Source: an uncultured bacterium (GTDB taxonomy: Bacteria; Patescibacteriota; Minisyncoccia; UBA6257; 2-01-FULL-56-20). Taken from it: a stretch of 64,000 bases of DNA. The position numbers and the translations under genes were made by a program. Below, one piece after another: positions 1 through 8,258 of the stretch; the stretch's first letter is position 1; each line of letters starts with the position of its first letter. The notes below the pieces were generated by a model, which was not told the origin of the DNA, searched no databases, and worked only from the letters and a program-made list of their open reading frames with translations. Location: positions 408,616-472,615 of the forward strand of contig OY970126.1 in the NCBI GenBank assembly GCA_963705915.1, read 5' to 3'.

Positions 1-450
1 AAAGAGCAACGTCGAACCGCCGCCCGAGACCACGAATATGACGAGGTCGTTTTCCGCGAGGTCTTTGAGCGAGTCGACAATCGCTTCTGCCGCCTCCATG
101 TTTTCATCCGAAGGCAAAGGATGTGTCCCGCAAAATGTTTTTATCTGCGGCAAATTCGTTGAACAAACTTTTATATCGACAACGACGCCGCGGTGTATCC
201 GATTGCCAAGTACCGACTCGGCAACCACAGCAGCTTCGGCGGCGCATTTCCCAATGGCGATGAAAATAATTTTCCCAACCGAGGCAAGCTCGATTGTTAT
301 GTTCTCCAAAAAAAGCGTTTCGTTCTCAACGCGCATCATGCCGCGCATGATACGGCTCGTGTCAATCACTTCGAGCCCTGCTTCCGCGATGGCGAGCAAT
401 TCCTTTCGGGCCTCAGTCACGCCGAGCGCCTCCGCGTTCTGAATTTTCAT
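1..450 (-). CDS. Glycerate 2-kinase, MOFRR/DUF4147 family (N-terminal part; gene continues beyond window start)
   Basis: Minus-strand translation from ATG at 450 (MKIQNAEALGVTEARKELL...IFIAIGKCAAEAA...VVVDIK...GTHPLPDENMEAA...LVIFVVSGGGS) closely parallels Thermotoga TM1585-type glycerate kinase N-terminal domain incl. GGGS motif; ORF open to position 1. Confidence 0.7.
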   Translation of the reverse strand, partial: MKIQNAEALGVTEARKELLAIAEAGLEVIDTSRIMRGMMRVENETLFLENITIELASVGKIIFIAIGKCAAEAAVVAESVLGNRIHRGVVVDIKVCSTNLPQIKTFCGTHPLPSDENMEAAEAIVDSLKDLAENDLVIFVVSGGGSTLLF

Positions 451-547
451 CTTTTTATTATCTCACCTTTATACAGTTTCCTATAGCTGACAAAAAAACG
501 ACCCGGCAGCGTGCGCTGGGTCGTGGAAGTCGTCTACCGAAGAAAGC

Positions 548-1600
548 CTAGCCGGCGGCAACGCCTACGCCCGCTGCCCGAGCCTGCCGTTTACCCATCC
601 TCTTGGGTTCAATCCCGAGGTCTTCTAATGTGTAAAGCAAAGTGCGGTACGAAATACTGAGTAAAGATGCCGCCGCTTTGCGGTTCCACTTGCATTGGAC
701 AAGAGCCTTCGTGATAAACGGACGCTCAAAATCTCGCCTGATGAGTTCCCGCGCTTTTTGTAGAGAGAAACCGAGAGGAATTTCCTCTCTTCCAAAAACC
801 ACTGCATGCAGACCTTGAAGATCTTGATCCTCCCCTATGGCCGCAAATGGCTTCTCGGAAAAATGGATGTGCTCAAGTTGTATCTCTTCCGATTCATCCA
901 TCTTTGCGAGCGCCTTGGCTTCGGACAAGACATTCTGCAGTTCTCGAACATTGCCCGGCCAGCCGTAGTGCAGAAGGACGTTTTTTGCCGGTTGAGCGAT
1001 GGGGAAACCCTGCGCGACTTCCCTCGCAATGATGAGAATATCGCTCCGGCGATCGCGTAGTGGCGGGATAACGATGTTCAAGGCGTTGATTCGGTAAAAT
1101 AAATCCTTCCGAAATTTTTTCTCCCGAACCAGCCCTGACAAGTTTTGGTTGGTGGCAGCGACGATCCGAACGTTGATGGTCTTCGCCTTCGCGCTCCCAA
1201 TCATCCGTACTTCTCGATTACAGTTTCCCGCTTCACTCAGGAACCGGAGTAGCCTGGTCTGCAAATCGCAGGGCATGTCTCCAATCTCATCCAGGAAGAG
1301 AGTCCCTCTATCTGCGGCGGCGAAGATCCCCTCGTAACGAGCCGCACTCGTGAATGAACCCTTCGTGTGACCGAAGAACTCAGACTCGATGAGGCTGTCG
1401 GGAATCGACGAACAATCTGTTGGAATATAGGGTTGCTCGGATCGGTCGCTCACTTCGTGGATAAGCCTTGCAACCATTTCTTTTCCTGTGCCGGTCTCAC
1501 CTTGTATCAACACGGTAACCGGCTCTCGCGCAAAAACAGCAATCTTCTCTCGTATTGCGTGCGCAGCATCACTTTCTCCCAAGAACTCTCGTAACGGCAT
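548..1600 (-). CDS. Sigma-54-dependent transcriptional activator (AAA+ sigma54-interaction domain + C-terminal Fis-type HTH; no receiver domain)
   Basis: GETGTGKE Walker A, GAFTGA-region-like ESEFFGH, DEIGDMP Walker B, RFLSEAG, LFYRINALNIVIPPLRDR, WPGNVRELQN, C-terminal HTH (AAASLLSISYRTLLYTLEDLGIEP). Start placed at ATG 1600 (MPLREFLG...) preceded by GGGGGAGGA SD rather than track ATG 1669. Confidence 0.8.
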   Translation of the reverse strand: MPLREFLGESDAAHAIREKIAVFAREPVTVLIQGETGTGKEMVARLIHEVSDRSEQPYIPTDCSSIPDSLIESEFFGHTKGSFTSAARYEGIFAAADRGTLFLDEIGDMPCDLQTRLLRFLSEAGNCNREVRMIGSAKAKTINVRIVAATNQNLSGLVREKKFRKDLFYRINALNIVIPPLRDRRSDILIIAREVAQGFPIAQPAKNVLLHYGWPGNVRELQNVLSEAKALAKMDESEEIQLEHIHFSEKPFAAIGEDQDLQGLHAVVFGREEIPLGFSLQKARELIRRDFERPFITKALVQCKWNRKAAASLLSISYRTLLYTLEDLGIEPKRMGKRQARAAGVGVAAG

Positions 1601-1685
1601 AGTATCCTCCCCCGGGACTAATTTTTTACTTACTCCCTTCCTTATAGCTCCGTTGCGTGCCGCCGTCAATCGCGTGAAAAGTCCG

Positions 1686-1694
1686 TGCTACAAT
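1686..1694 (+). promoter_or_regulatory. Extended -10 element TGCTACAAT 6 nt upstream of htrA ATG (leaderless-type promoter)
   Basis: tgctacaat at 1686-1694; ATG at 1701; no SD between. Confidence 0.3.
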
Positions 1695-1700
1695 AATTTT

Positions 1701-2717
1701 ATGGATGACCGCCGCGTCATTAAAATTATCAAACGGGTTATGCCCGCCGTTGTTTCGATTGCCATCGCAAAACACCTGGAAGATCTCGAGAAAGAAATGC
1801 CAAAGGAAATGTATCCTTCGTTGCGGGTAGACATGGCAGACCGGAACGGCCTTGTGCAAGTTGGCGGCGGATCGGGTTTCATCGTCGACGCAAGCGGCCT
1901 CGTCATGACGAACAAGCACGTGATCGACGACGTAAAGGCGGAATACACCGTGATCTTGAACGATGGCCGCTCGTTTCCTTCCAAGTTATTGAGTCGCGAC
2001 CCGATAAACGACGTCGCCATTTTGAAGATTGAGCAAACTGGACTTCCCTATCTCAAGCTTGGCGACGCCTCGAGGCTCGAACTCGGACAGAGCCTGATTG
2101 CGATCGGCAATGCACTCGGCATGTTCCGCAATACGGTATCGCTCGGCATCGTCTCGGGTTTGTCACGTTCGATTTCAGCGCAAGCGGACCCGAGTGCGCC
2201 ACCGCAAGAAATGCGCGGCCTCATACAAACCGACGCCGCGATCAACCCTGGCAATTCAGGCGGCCCGCTCGTTGATTCCAACGGCCTCGTTGTTGGCGTG
2301 AACGCCGCGATCGTCTCCGGCGCGCACAGCATTGGTTTTGCGATCCCCGTGAACGCCGCGCGGCGCGACCTCGATGACATCCGCCGTTATGGCCGTATCC
2401 GCCGGCCGCTTCTCGGCGTACGCTACGTTATGATCGATGCCGACTACAAAGCAAAAATGAAATTGTCCGTTGACCACGGCGCGCTCGTGATGCGCGAAAG
2501 CGAGCACGATTACGCCGTCGTTCCTGGAAGTCCCGCCGACAAAGCCGGCATCCGCGACAAAGATATTATCCTCACATTCAACGGCAAACGCCTCGATCGC
2601 GACCACCCGATCCAGGATTTCTTGGAGGATATGAATGTCGGCGACGAGGTTGAACTGGTATTCTTGCGCGAAAACGAACAACGCGCGGCGAAAGTGACGC
2701 TCGGCGAGAGGAAATAA
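1701..2717 (+). CDS. htrA: HtrA/DegP-family trypsin-like serine protease with C-terminal PDZ domain
   Basis: Catalytic triad contexts TNKHVI (His), DVAILKI (Asp), GNSGGPLV (Ser); PDZ-like C-terminus; upstream part of track ORF (1488-1700) overlaps the divergent regulator and is likely not coding. No obvious signal peptide from 1701, start uncertain. Confidence 0.8.
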   Translation: MDDRRVIKIIKRVMPAVVSIAIAKHLEDLEKEMPKEMYPSLRVDMADRNGLVQVGGGSGFIVDASGLVMTNKHVIDDVKAEYTVILNDGRSFPSKLLSRDPINDVAILKIEQTGLPYLKLGDASRLELGQSLIAIGNALGMFRNTVSLGIVSGLSRSISAQADPSAPPQEMRGLIQTDAAINPGNSGGPLVDSNGLVVGVNAAIVSGAHSIGFAIPVNAARRDLDDIRRYGRIRRPLLGVRYVMIDADYKAKMKLSVDHGALVMRESEHDYAVVPGSPADKAGIRDKDIILTFNGKRLDRDHPIQDFLEDMNVGDEVELVFLRENEQRAAKVTLGERK

Positions 2718-2723
2718 TTGTGG

Positions 2724-2755
2724 ATAAAAAAAGCCGCCCTTACGAAAGACGGCTT
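2724..2755 (-). terminator. Putative rho-independent terminator after the sigma region-4-like gene
   Basis: Minus strand: AAGCCG-13nt loop-CGGCTT followed by TTTTTTTATCC. Confidence 0.35.
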
Positions 2756-2769
2756 GACCGCAGACCAAA

Positions 2770-3150
2770 TTATATGATCCGTTTTCGAGATTTGAGACCG
2801 AGCGCTTGCATCGCCCACTCCTCAGCCTCGAACCGATATGCTATTTTTTCCTGAGCCGCGTAGAGTGCTTTCGTGATTTCATAAGGCGGCTTGTTGAGAG
2901 CGGCGGCGAGCTCATTGATCTCAAGGGTGACTCGTTCTGCATTGAGTCCGTAGCTTGCTCTCAAAACTACCGCCTCAAGCTCCGTGAGATCCGCCTGTGA
3001 AATGATTTCTCGTATATAGATGGCGCGTAGCAATCTTTCCTCGCCTTCGCCAGCGGCAACGAGAAGCTTCGCTCTCTGCTGTGCCCGCAAATACTTCAAC
3101 AACTTTTCTTCTTCTTTGGATCTCTCGATTTTCTCACTTTTCTTTTTCAA
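2770..3150 (-). CDS. Small sigma-70 region-4-like HTH protein (about 126 aa)
   Basis: C-terminal LTELEAVVLRASYGLNAERVTLEINELAAALNKPPYEITKALYAAQEKI resembles sigma-70 region 4; start assigned to TTG at 3150 preceded by GAGGAGG SD (track ATG 3327 would overlap the upstream gene). Confidence 0.45.
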   Translation of the reverse strand: MKKKSEKIERSKEEEKLLKYLRAQQRAKLLVAAGEGEERLLRAIYIREIISQADLTELEAVVLRASYGLNAERVTLEINELAAALNKPPYEITKALYAAQEKIAYRFEAEEWAMQALGLKSRKRII

Positions 3151-3190
3151 CGAGGTCCTCCTCGAATGGGAATCTTGCCAGATTATATCA

Positions 3191-4183
3191 CTAATATGAA
3201 TAGGAGTCAACAAGCAGGCCGTTGCGGTCGTAGAGATAGACGTTGTCGTGATACGGATTGAGAACGCTGCTGCCGGTCCACGCCCACCATTGGTTCGATA
3301 GGAAATTAGGATCACTCTCGTGTGCATTGAAGCAGCCGGTGTAATTCATCTGGTCGAGATAGTTCACGCATGCATAATCGTTTGGCGGAATTTCCGGGCT
3401 ATAGGTGTTTGGCACGGTGCATGCAGGAATGGAAAGGATATAATTTTGGCACCCGCCGCTCAAATTCGAAATTTGCGATTGATTGATGTAGGGGCAATTG
3501 AGCGGTAACGCCGGATTGGTACGCAAATCGTTTTGCAAATAGCCGATGCATTCATTGAGGCGAAGATTGATCGTGCCTGCTGACGAATAGAGATAGAGCG
3601 TCTGGTCATTGGCAAGTTCGATATCGCTCGGCGCGGTTAATCCAGAGGGCTGATAGAAATTGACTGCCTGCGGGATATATTCGCTGCCACCATTCGCAAC
3701 GATTTTCCATCCGGTCACGTCGACGGTTTCGTTTTGAGTAAAGCTCGTGTAGAGCGTGACCTCACCGGAAGAACCGTAGCCACCCGGGAGCACACTGCCG
3801 AATAATATCTCGTGGAAAAACGGCGAGAGCTGTGCAACGGTAAAGCCTGCGGGGACGTCGTACGGATTCACGTTAGGATTTCCTCCGGTCGTGGATGCTT
3901 CCCCTCCTGTGTACGGTCCAATACTCGTCGGCGGAACAGTATTCAAATTATTCGAACCAGAACCGCTCGGTGGTCCGTTCGGCACGCCAAAGCCGGGTGG
4001 CGTCGAAGAAAAGGCCGACGACGAAGCGTTGAGCGCCGGGAAGAGCGAGCTCAATCCTGAAGTGCCGCTCGTCACAAGCCCCGAATTCCAGAGATACAAA
4101 ATGACGCCGGCAATGACAACGAGGAGAAGAATCCCCCAGATTTTGCCGCCCATCGTGCTGCCTTCGCCGCCGCCGTGTGCCAT
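3191..4183 (-). CDS. Secreted/membrane-anchored hypothetical protein: N-terminal TM, Gly/Ser/Pro-rich linker, Cys-rich C-terminal beta-domain (possible lamin-tail-domain-like)
   Basis: TM helix WGILLLVVIAGVILYLW; low-complexity G/S/P/T segment; GEVTLYTSF..VDVTGWKIVANGGSEYIPQ reminiscent of LTD; 8 Cys in C-terminal 120 aa. Confidence 0.55.
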   Translation of the reverse strand: MAHGGGEGSTMGGKIWGILLLVVIAGVILYLWNSGLVTSGTSGLSSLFPALNASSSAFSSTPPGFGVPNGPPSGSGSNNLNTVPPTSIGPYTGGEASTTGGNPNVNPYDVPAGFTVAQLSPFFHEILFGSVLPGGYGSSGEVTLYTSFTQNETVDVTGWKIVANGGSEYIPQAVNFYQPSGLTAPSDIELANDQTLYLYSSAGTINLRLNECIGYLQNDLRTNPALPLNCPYINQSQISNLSGGCQNYILSIPACTVPNTYSPEIPPNDYACVNYLDQMNYTGCFNAHESDPNFLSNQWWAWTGSSVLNPYHDNVYLYDRNGLLVDSYSY

Positions 4184-4199
4184 AGATATTAAAAAATGA

Positions 4200-6662
4200 T
4201 TAAATGACGATGCTCACGAGTTTCTTGTCGACGTAAATGACTTTCTTTGCCGACGCACCCGCCATCGCGCGCTGCACGGCAGCGCTTGTAAGTGCGAGTG
4301 CCTTGGCTTGGTCTTCGGTGATGGACGGTTCGGCCTGCATCGTATCGCGAACCTTCCCGTTCACCTGCACTATAATTGTAATCTTTTCTCCAGCAATGAG
4401 CGCACTGTCATAGCTCGGCCACGGTTCGAAGTCGAGATAGGTCTCGTGACCCATGCGGGACCACAATTCCTGCGCCATATGCGGCGCAAATGGATGAAGT
4501 ATCTTTATAACCGACTCGCGATCGGCAGCCGGCATCGGCGCAGCCCTTTCGAGATCGTTCAACAATATCATGAGCGCGGAAATCGCCGTGTTGAATTTGA
4601 ACTCGGCGATATCTTCGCCGACTTTTTTAATGGTCTTATGAAGAAGCGTTGTAAGCGCTCGCGGTGGCGGTGGCAACGGCAGCTCCGTTCCTTCAAGATA
4701 ATTCCATAGCCGCTTCAGAAACCGCTCGACGCCCAAAATACTTTTTGGATCCCATGGCGCACCATCTTCAAACGGACCCATGAACATGAGATACATTCGC
4801 GTGGTATCCGCACCAAACTCCCCGACGATTTCATCGGGATTCACTACGTTGCCGATGCTCTTCGACATTTTCTTACCGTCGGCGCCGCGGATGAGACCCT
4901 GATGCCGCAGCCTGGTGAACGGTTCCTGGAATTGGACGAGTTTTTCGTCGTACAAAAATTTTGTGATGAAGCGAGCGTATAAAAGATGAAGTACCGTGTG
5001 CTCTGCGCCGATCACATAGAGATCAACCGGCATCCAATGCGCTGCTTTTGCCGGATCAAAAATCTGCTGCGCATTATGCGGATCGGTGTAGCGCAGAAAG
5101 TACCACGACGAATCGACGAACGTGTCGAGTGTTTCAGGGTCGCGCTCTGCATTACCGCCGCACTGTGGACATTTCACGTTCATGAATTCTTTCGAACTTG
5201 CAAGTGGCGGCATGCCTTGCGGACGATAATTCTCTATCTCCGGCAGAATGACCGGTAAATCAGACTCGGGCACCGGTACAATGCCGCATGCTGCGCAGTG
5301 AATCATCGGAATCGGCACGCCCCAATAACGCTGGCGCGAAACCGACCAGTCGCGAAGCTTGTACTGGGTCTTCTTGACACCAACGACCATCTGGACGATT
5401 TCCCGCTTTGCTTTTTCCGAATCCACGCCATTATAGTTCTCGGAATTGATCAGGATGCCGTCGCCCATGTATGGTAAATCACCTTCATGCATGATCACCT
5501 GCCGGATCGGCAGATTGAATTTCTTTGCAAAAGCGAAGTCGCGTTCGTCGTGCGCAGGCACGGCCATCACGGCACCTGTGCCATACGAGCCGAGCACGTA
5601 GTCGGCCACCCAAATGGGAATCTCCTCATGCGTTGCCGGATTGATTGCTTTCACGCCTTTTAGCTCGACGCCGGTTTTTTCTTTTTCATCTTCCTTGCGC
5701 ATCAACTCGGTCTTATGGCTCGCGGCTTCGACGTATGCTCTCACTTCATCTTTGTTCAAAAGCACATCGTGCTGGTTGTCGAGCGCGAGCGTCACCCAGG
5801 GATGTTCCGGTGCGAGCACCAAATACGTTGCTCCATAGAGTGTATCGGGGCGCGTCGTGAAAACCGTGAGCGCCGCGCGTTCACCATTCGGACCACGACG
5901 GTCGTTGTCGGCAGGGTTTTTTTCAAAATTGAGCGGAAAAGAAATTTCTGCACCTTCTGATTTTCCGATCCAATCTTCCTGGCGTTTAATCGTCGAAGCC
6001 GGCCAATCAAGGCCTTGCAAATCAGCGAGTAATCGATCGGCGTAATCAGTTATTTTGATGAACCATTGCGTCATATCACGCTCTTCGATCACGCTGCCAC
6101 ATCGCTCGCATTTGCCGTCAATCACCTGCTCATTTGCAAGCACCGTCTGATCCTTCGGACACCAATTCACCTTTGACTTCGCCTGATACGCTAACCCCTT
6201 TTTATAGAGTTGAATGAAAAGCCACTGCGTCCACCTATAATATTCCGGCGATGACGTGTTAATCTCGCGATCCCAATCGTATGAAAAACCGAACATGCGC
6301 ACCTGCCGACGGAAGTTGTCGGTATTTTCTTCGGTGACATCCTTTGGATTCTTTCCAATTTTTATGGCGTAATTTTCGGTTGGTAAGCCAAAAGCGTCCC
6401 AGCCGATGGTGTATAAAACTTCTTTTGGCTTGTGATCGCCCCCGCCCATCCGATTGTAGCGCGCGTGAATATCTTCTGCGGTATAGCCTTTCGGGTGACC
6501 CATATGCAAACCGGCCGCAGAAGGATACGGAAAGGTCTCAAGCTGATAATATTTTGGCTTGGACGAATCGTCTTTTGCGGCAAAGACTTTTTCTTCAATC
6601 CATTTTTTTTGCCATTTTGGCTCGATTTGCTTTGGGTCGTACGCGGACATGATACTCATCAT
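4200..6662 (-). CDS. leuS: Leucyl-tRNA synthetase
   Basis: YYQLETFPYPSAAGLHMGHP (HMGH), leucyl-specific domain, KMSKSIGN; 820 aa; alternative start at Met5 (6650). Confidence 0.95.
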   Translation of the reverse strand: MMSIMSAYDPKQIEPKWQKKWIEEKVFAAKDDSSKPKYYQLETFPYPSAAGLHMGHPKGYTAEDIHARYNRMGGGDHKPKEVLYTIGWDAFGLPTENYAIKIGKNPKDVTEENTDNFRRQVRMFGFSYDWDREINTSSPEYYRWTQWLFIQLYKKGLAYQAKSKVNWCPKDQTVLANEQVIDGKCERCGSVIEERDMTQWFIKITDYADRLLADLQGLDWPASTIKRQEDWIGKSEGAEISFPLNFEKNPADNDRRGPNGERAALTVFTTRPDTLYGATYLVLAPEHPWVTLALDNQHDVLLNKDEVRAYVEAASHKTELMRKEDEKEKTGVELKGVKAINPATHEEIPIWVADYVLGSYGTGAVMAVPAHDERDFAFAKKFNLPIRQVIMHEGDLPYMGDGILINSENYNGVDSEKAKREIVQMVVGVKKTQYKLRDWSVSRQRYWGVPIPMIHCAACGIVPVPESDLPVILPEIENYRPQGMPPLASSKEFMNVKCPQCGGNAERDPETLDTFVDSSWYFLRYTDPHNAQQIFDPAKAAHWMPVDLYVIGAEHTVLHLLYARFITKFLYDEKLVQFQEPFTRLRHQGLIRGADGKKMSKSIGNVVNPDEIVGEFGADTTRMYLMFMGPFEDGAPWDPKSILGVERFLKRLWNYLEGTELPLPPPPRALTTLLHKTIKKVGEDIAEFKFNTAISALMILLNDLERAAPMPAADRESVIKILHPFAPHMAQELWSRMGHETYLDFEPWPSYDSALIAGEKITIIVQVNGKVRDTMQAEPSITEDQAKALALTSAAVQRAMAGASAKKVIYVDKKLVSIVI

Positions 6663-6715
6663 ATCAATTGAGGACGATTGCGGAAAGGTTTGCGCCCGGA
6701 GTTGCGGGGCATCGA

Positions 6716-7603
6716 TTAGATCCCAAAAATCCGTTGCGCGTTACCCCACATTTGGTCTTTCATCTCGTCCGGGGAAACGTTTTTGAGTTCGGCGAGGCGC
6801 GCAACGGTGTACACCACATATGCCGGCTCATTTTTCTTTCCGCGATGGGGCACGGGAGCAACATACGGCGCATCGGTCTCGGAGAGAATCCTGTCGATCG
6901 GGATCATTGTTATCACCTCATCATAGTCCCCCGCCGCAGCGCCTTTGCGCGGTGGGAATGTTATGGCGCCGCCGAAGGTGAATGAGAATCCCAGATCGAG
7001 CAACGCCACTGCGTCTTCCGCGGTGCCTGAGAAAAAATGCACGACGCCGGGATTTTCGATCTTCGGATATGCCGGCGATTTGAGGATTTCAATGAGATCG
7101 TGAAATGCGTTGCGACAATGGATCATCAACGGTTTTTTTACTTCTCGGGCGAGGGCGATTTGCGCAACGAATGCTTCGCGCTGTCGTACCATTTGCAATT
7201 CGCGCGGCTCATGTTCGTTGAAATGAAAATAGTCGAGGCCGCATTCGCCGATAGCAACCGTTTTTTTATGGAGCGCGAGCTTGCGATAATAATCGGTGTC
7301 AAACACTTCGCCGCGCGATGTGAACGCTTTCGCCGCTTCCCCGCCGCCAAGTTCTTGCTCGTCATGATACGACTTCGCCGTATGAATGGGATGCAAGCCG
7401 ATCGCCGCATACATGCCATCCGGATATTGTTCGGCAAGTTCAACGGCGGCACGCGAGGTGTCTTTTTGAGTGCCAACGTTTATCATCCAAACATCAGCAC
7501 GCCTCGCGCGTTCGATAATCGCTTTGCGATCGTCGTCAAAACCCGAAAATTGCACGTGGGTGTGGGCGTCGATGAAATGAGAAGCTTCGCTCATGTTCGT
7601 CAT
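6716..7603 (-). CDS. tatD: TatD-family metal-dependent hydrolase/DNase
   Basis: IDAHTHVQF..., HPIHT, ECGLDY, FSFTFGG...TDAPY motifs of TatD/PF01026. Confidence 0.8.
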   Translation of the reverse strand: MTNMSEASHFIDAHTHVQFSGFDDDRKAIIERARRADVWMINVGTQKDTSRAAVELAEQYPDGMYAAIGLHPIHTAKSYHDEQELGGGEAAKAFTSRGEVFDTDYYRKLALHKKTVAIGECGLDYFHFNEHEPRELQMVRQREAFVAQIALAREVKKPLMIHCRNAFHDLIEILKSPAYPKIENPGVVHFFSGTAEDAVALLDLGFSFTFGGAITFPPRKGAAAGDYDEVITMIPIDRILSETDAPYVAPVPHRGKKNEPAYVVYTVARLAELKNVSPDEMKDQMWGNAQRIFGI

Positions 7604-7642
7604 TCTAGCATGAATGATTATTTTGCATTATATTGTAACCAT

Positions 7643-8239
7643 ATGAAACTCGTCATTGGCCTTGCGGGCCTGCCACTCGCCGGCAAGGAAACGGTGGCGA
7701 ACAGGTTGGAAGAACTCATCAAGGCTGACGGCCACTCGGTAAGCCGTCATCGTTTTTCGGATATTTTGCGGGACACACTCGACCTTTGGGGCATGCCTCA
7801 TGGCCGAGCCAACGAACAAATGCTTGCCCAAATCATGCAACGACCCGGTGCATTTCCGGAGGGCGTGCTTTCGCGGGCGGTAAAACACCGGCTTCTGCAC
7901 AATCCAGCGGACGTCGGCATTCTCGACGGTATGCGATGGGACACCGACGAAGTGATGATGCACGAATTCCCTGCCGATGGCGTGAAAAGCGCAATTGTAT
8001 ACGTGAACGCCGACGACGATCATCGTTATGCACGCCTTATTGCCCGAAATCGATCAGGCGAAGCCTCGACAACGCGTGAGCAATTCGCCGAACTCAACAA
8101 ACAACCAAACGAGATCTATATCCCTGTGATCGGTTCGCACGCAGACGTGAAACTGACGAACAACTACGAAGCGATCGCCGACTTTGAAAAAGATATCGTT
8201 GCGGCGTACGAAAAATCGATCAGACCGCTCTTATCGTAG
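7643..8239 (+). CDS. P-loop nucleotide/nucleoside kinase-like protein (dNMP kinase / dephospho-CoA kinase-like fold), hypothetical
   Basis: N-terminal MKLVIGLAGLPLAGKETVANRLEEL (GxxxxGK[ET]T P-loop), DGMR motif; 198 aa; upstream part of track ORF 7037-7642 is antisense to tatD. Confidence 0.4.
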   Translation: MKLVIGLAGLPLAGKETVANRLEELIKADGHSVSRHRFSDILRDTLDLWGMPHGRANEQMLAQIMQRPGAFPEGVLSRAVKHRLLHNPADVGILDGMRWDTDEVMMHEFPADGVKSAIVYVNADDDHRYARLIARNRSGEASTTREQFAELNKQPNEIYIPVIGSHADVKLTNNYEAIADFEKDIVAAYEKSIRPLLS

Positions 8240-8258
8240 AGCCCTACCGAAACCAACG

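Noticed and set aside
7037-7642. 5' two-thirds of the 400-aa plus-strand track ORF 7037-8239
   Set aside because: Runs antisense to the well-supported tatD gene; the genuine kinase-like gene starts at ATG 7643 just after tatD's start region. The long ORF is a GC-rich antisense artefact.
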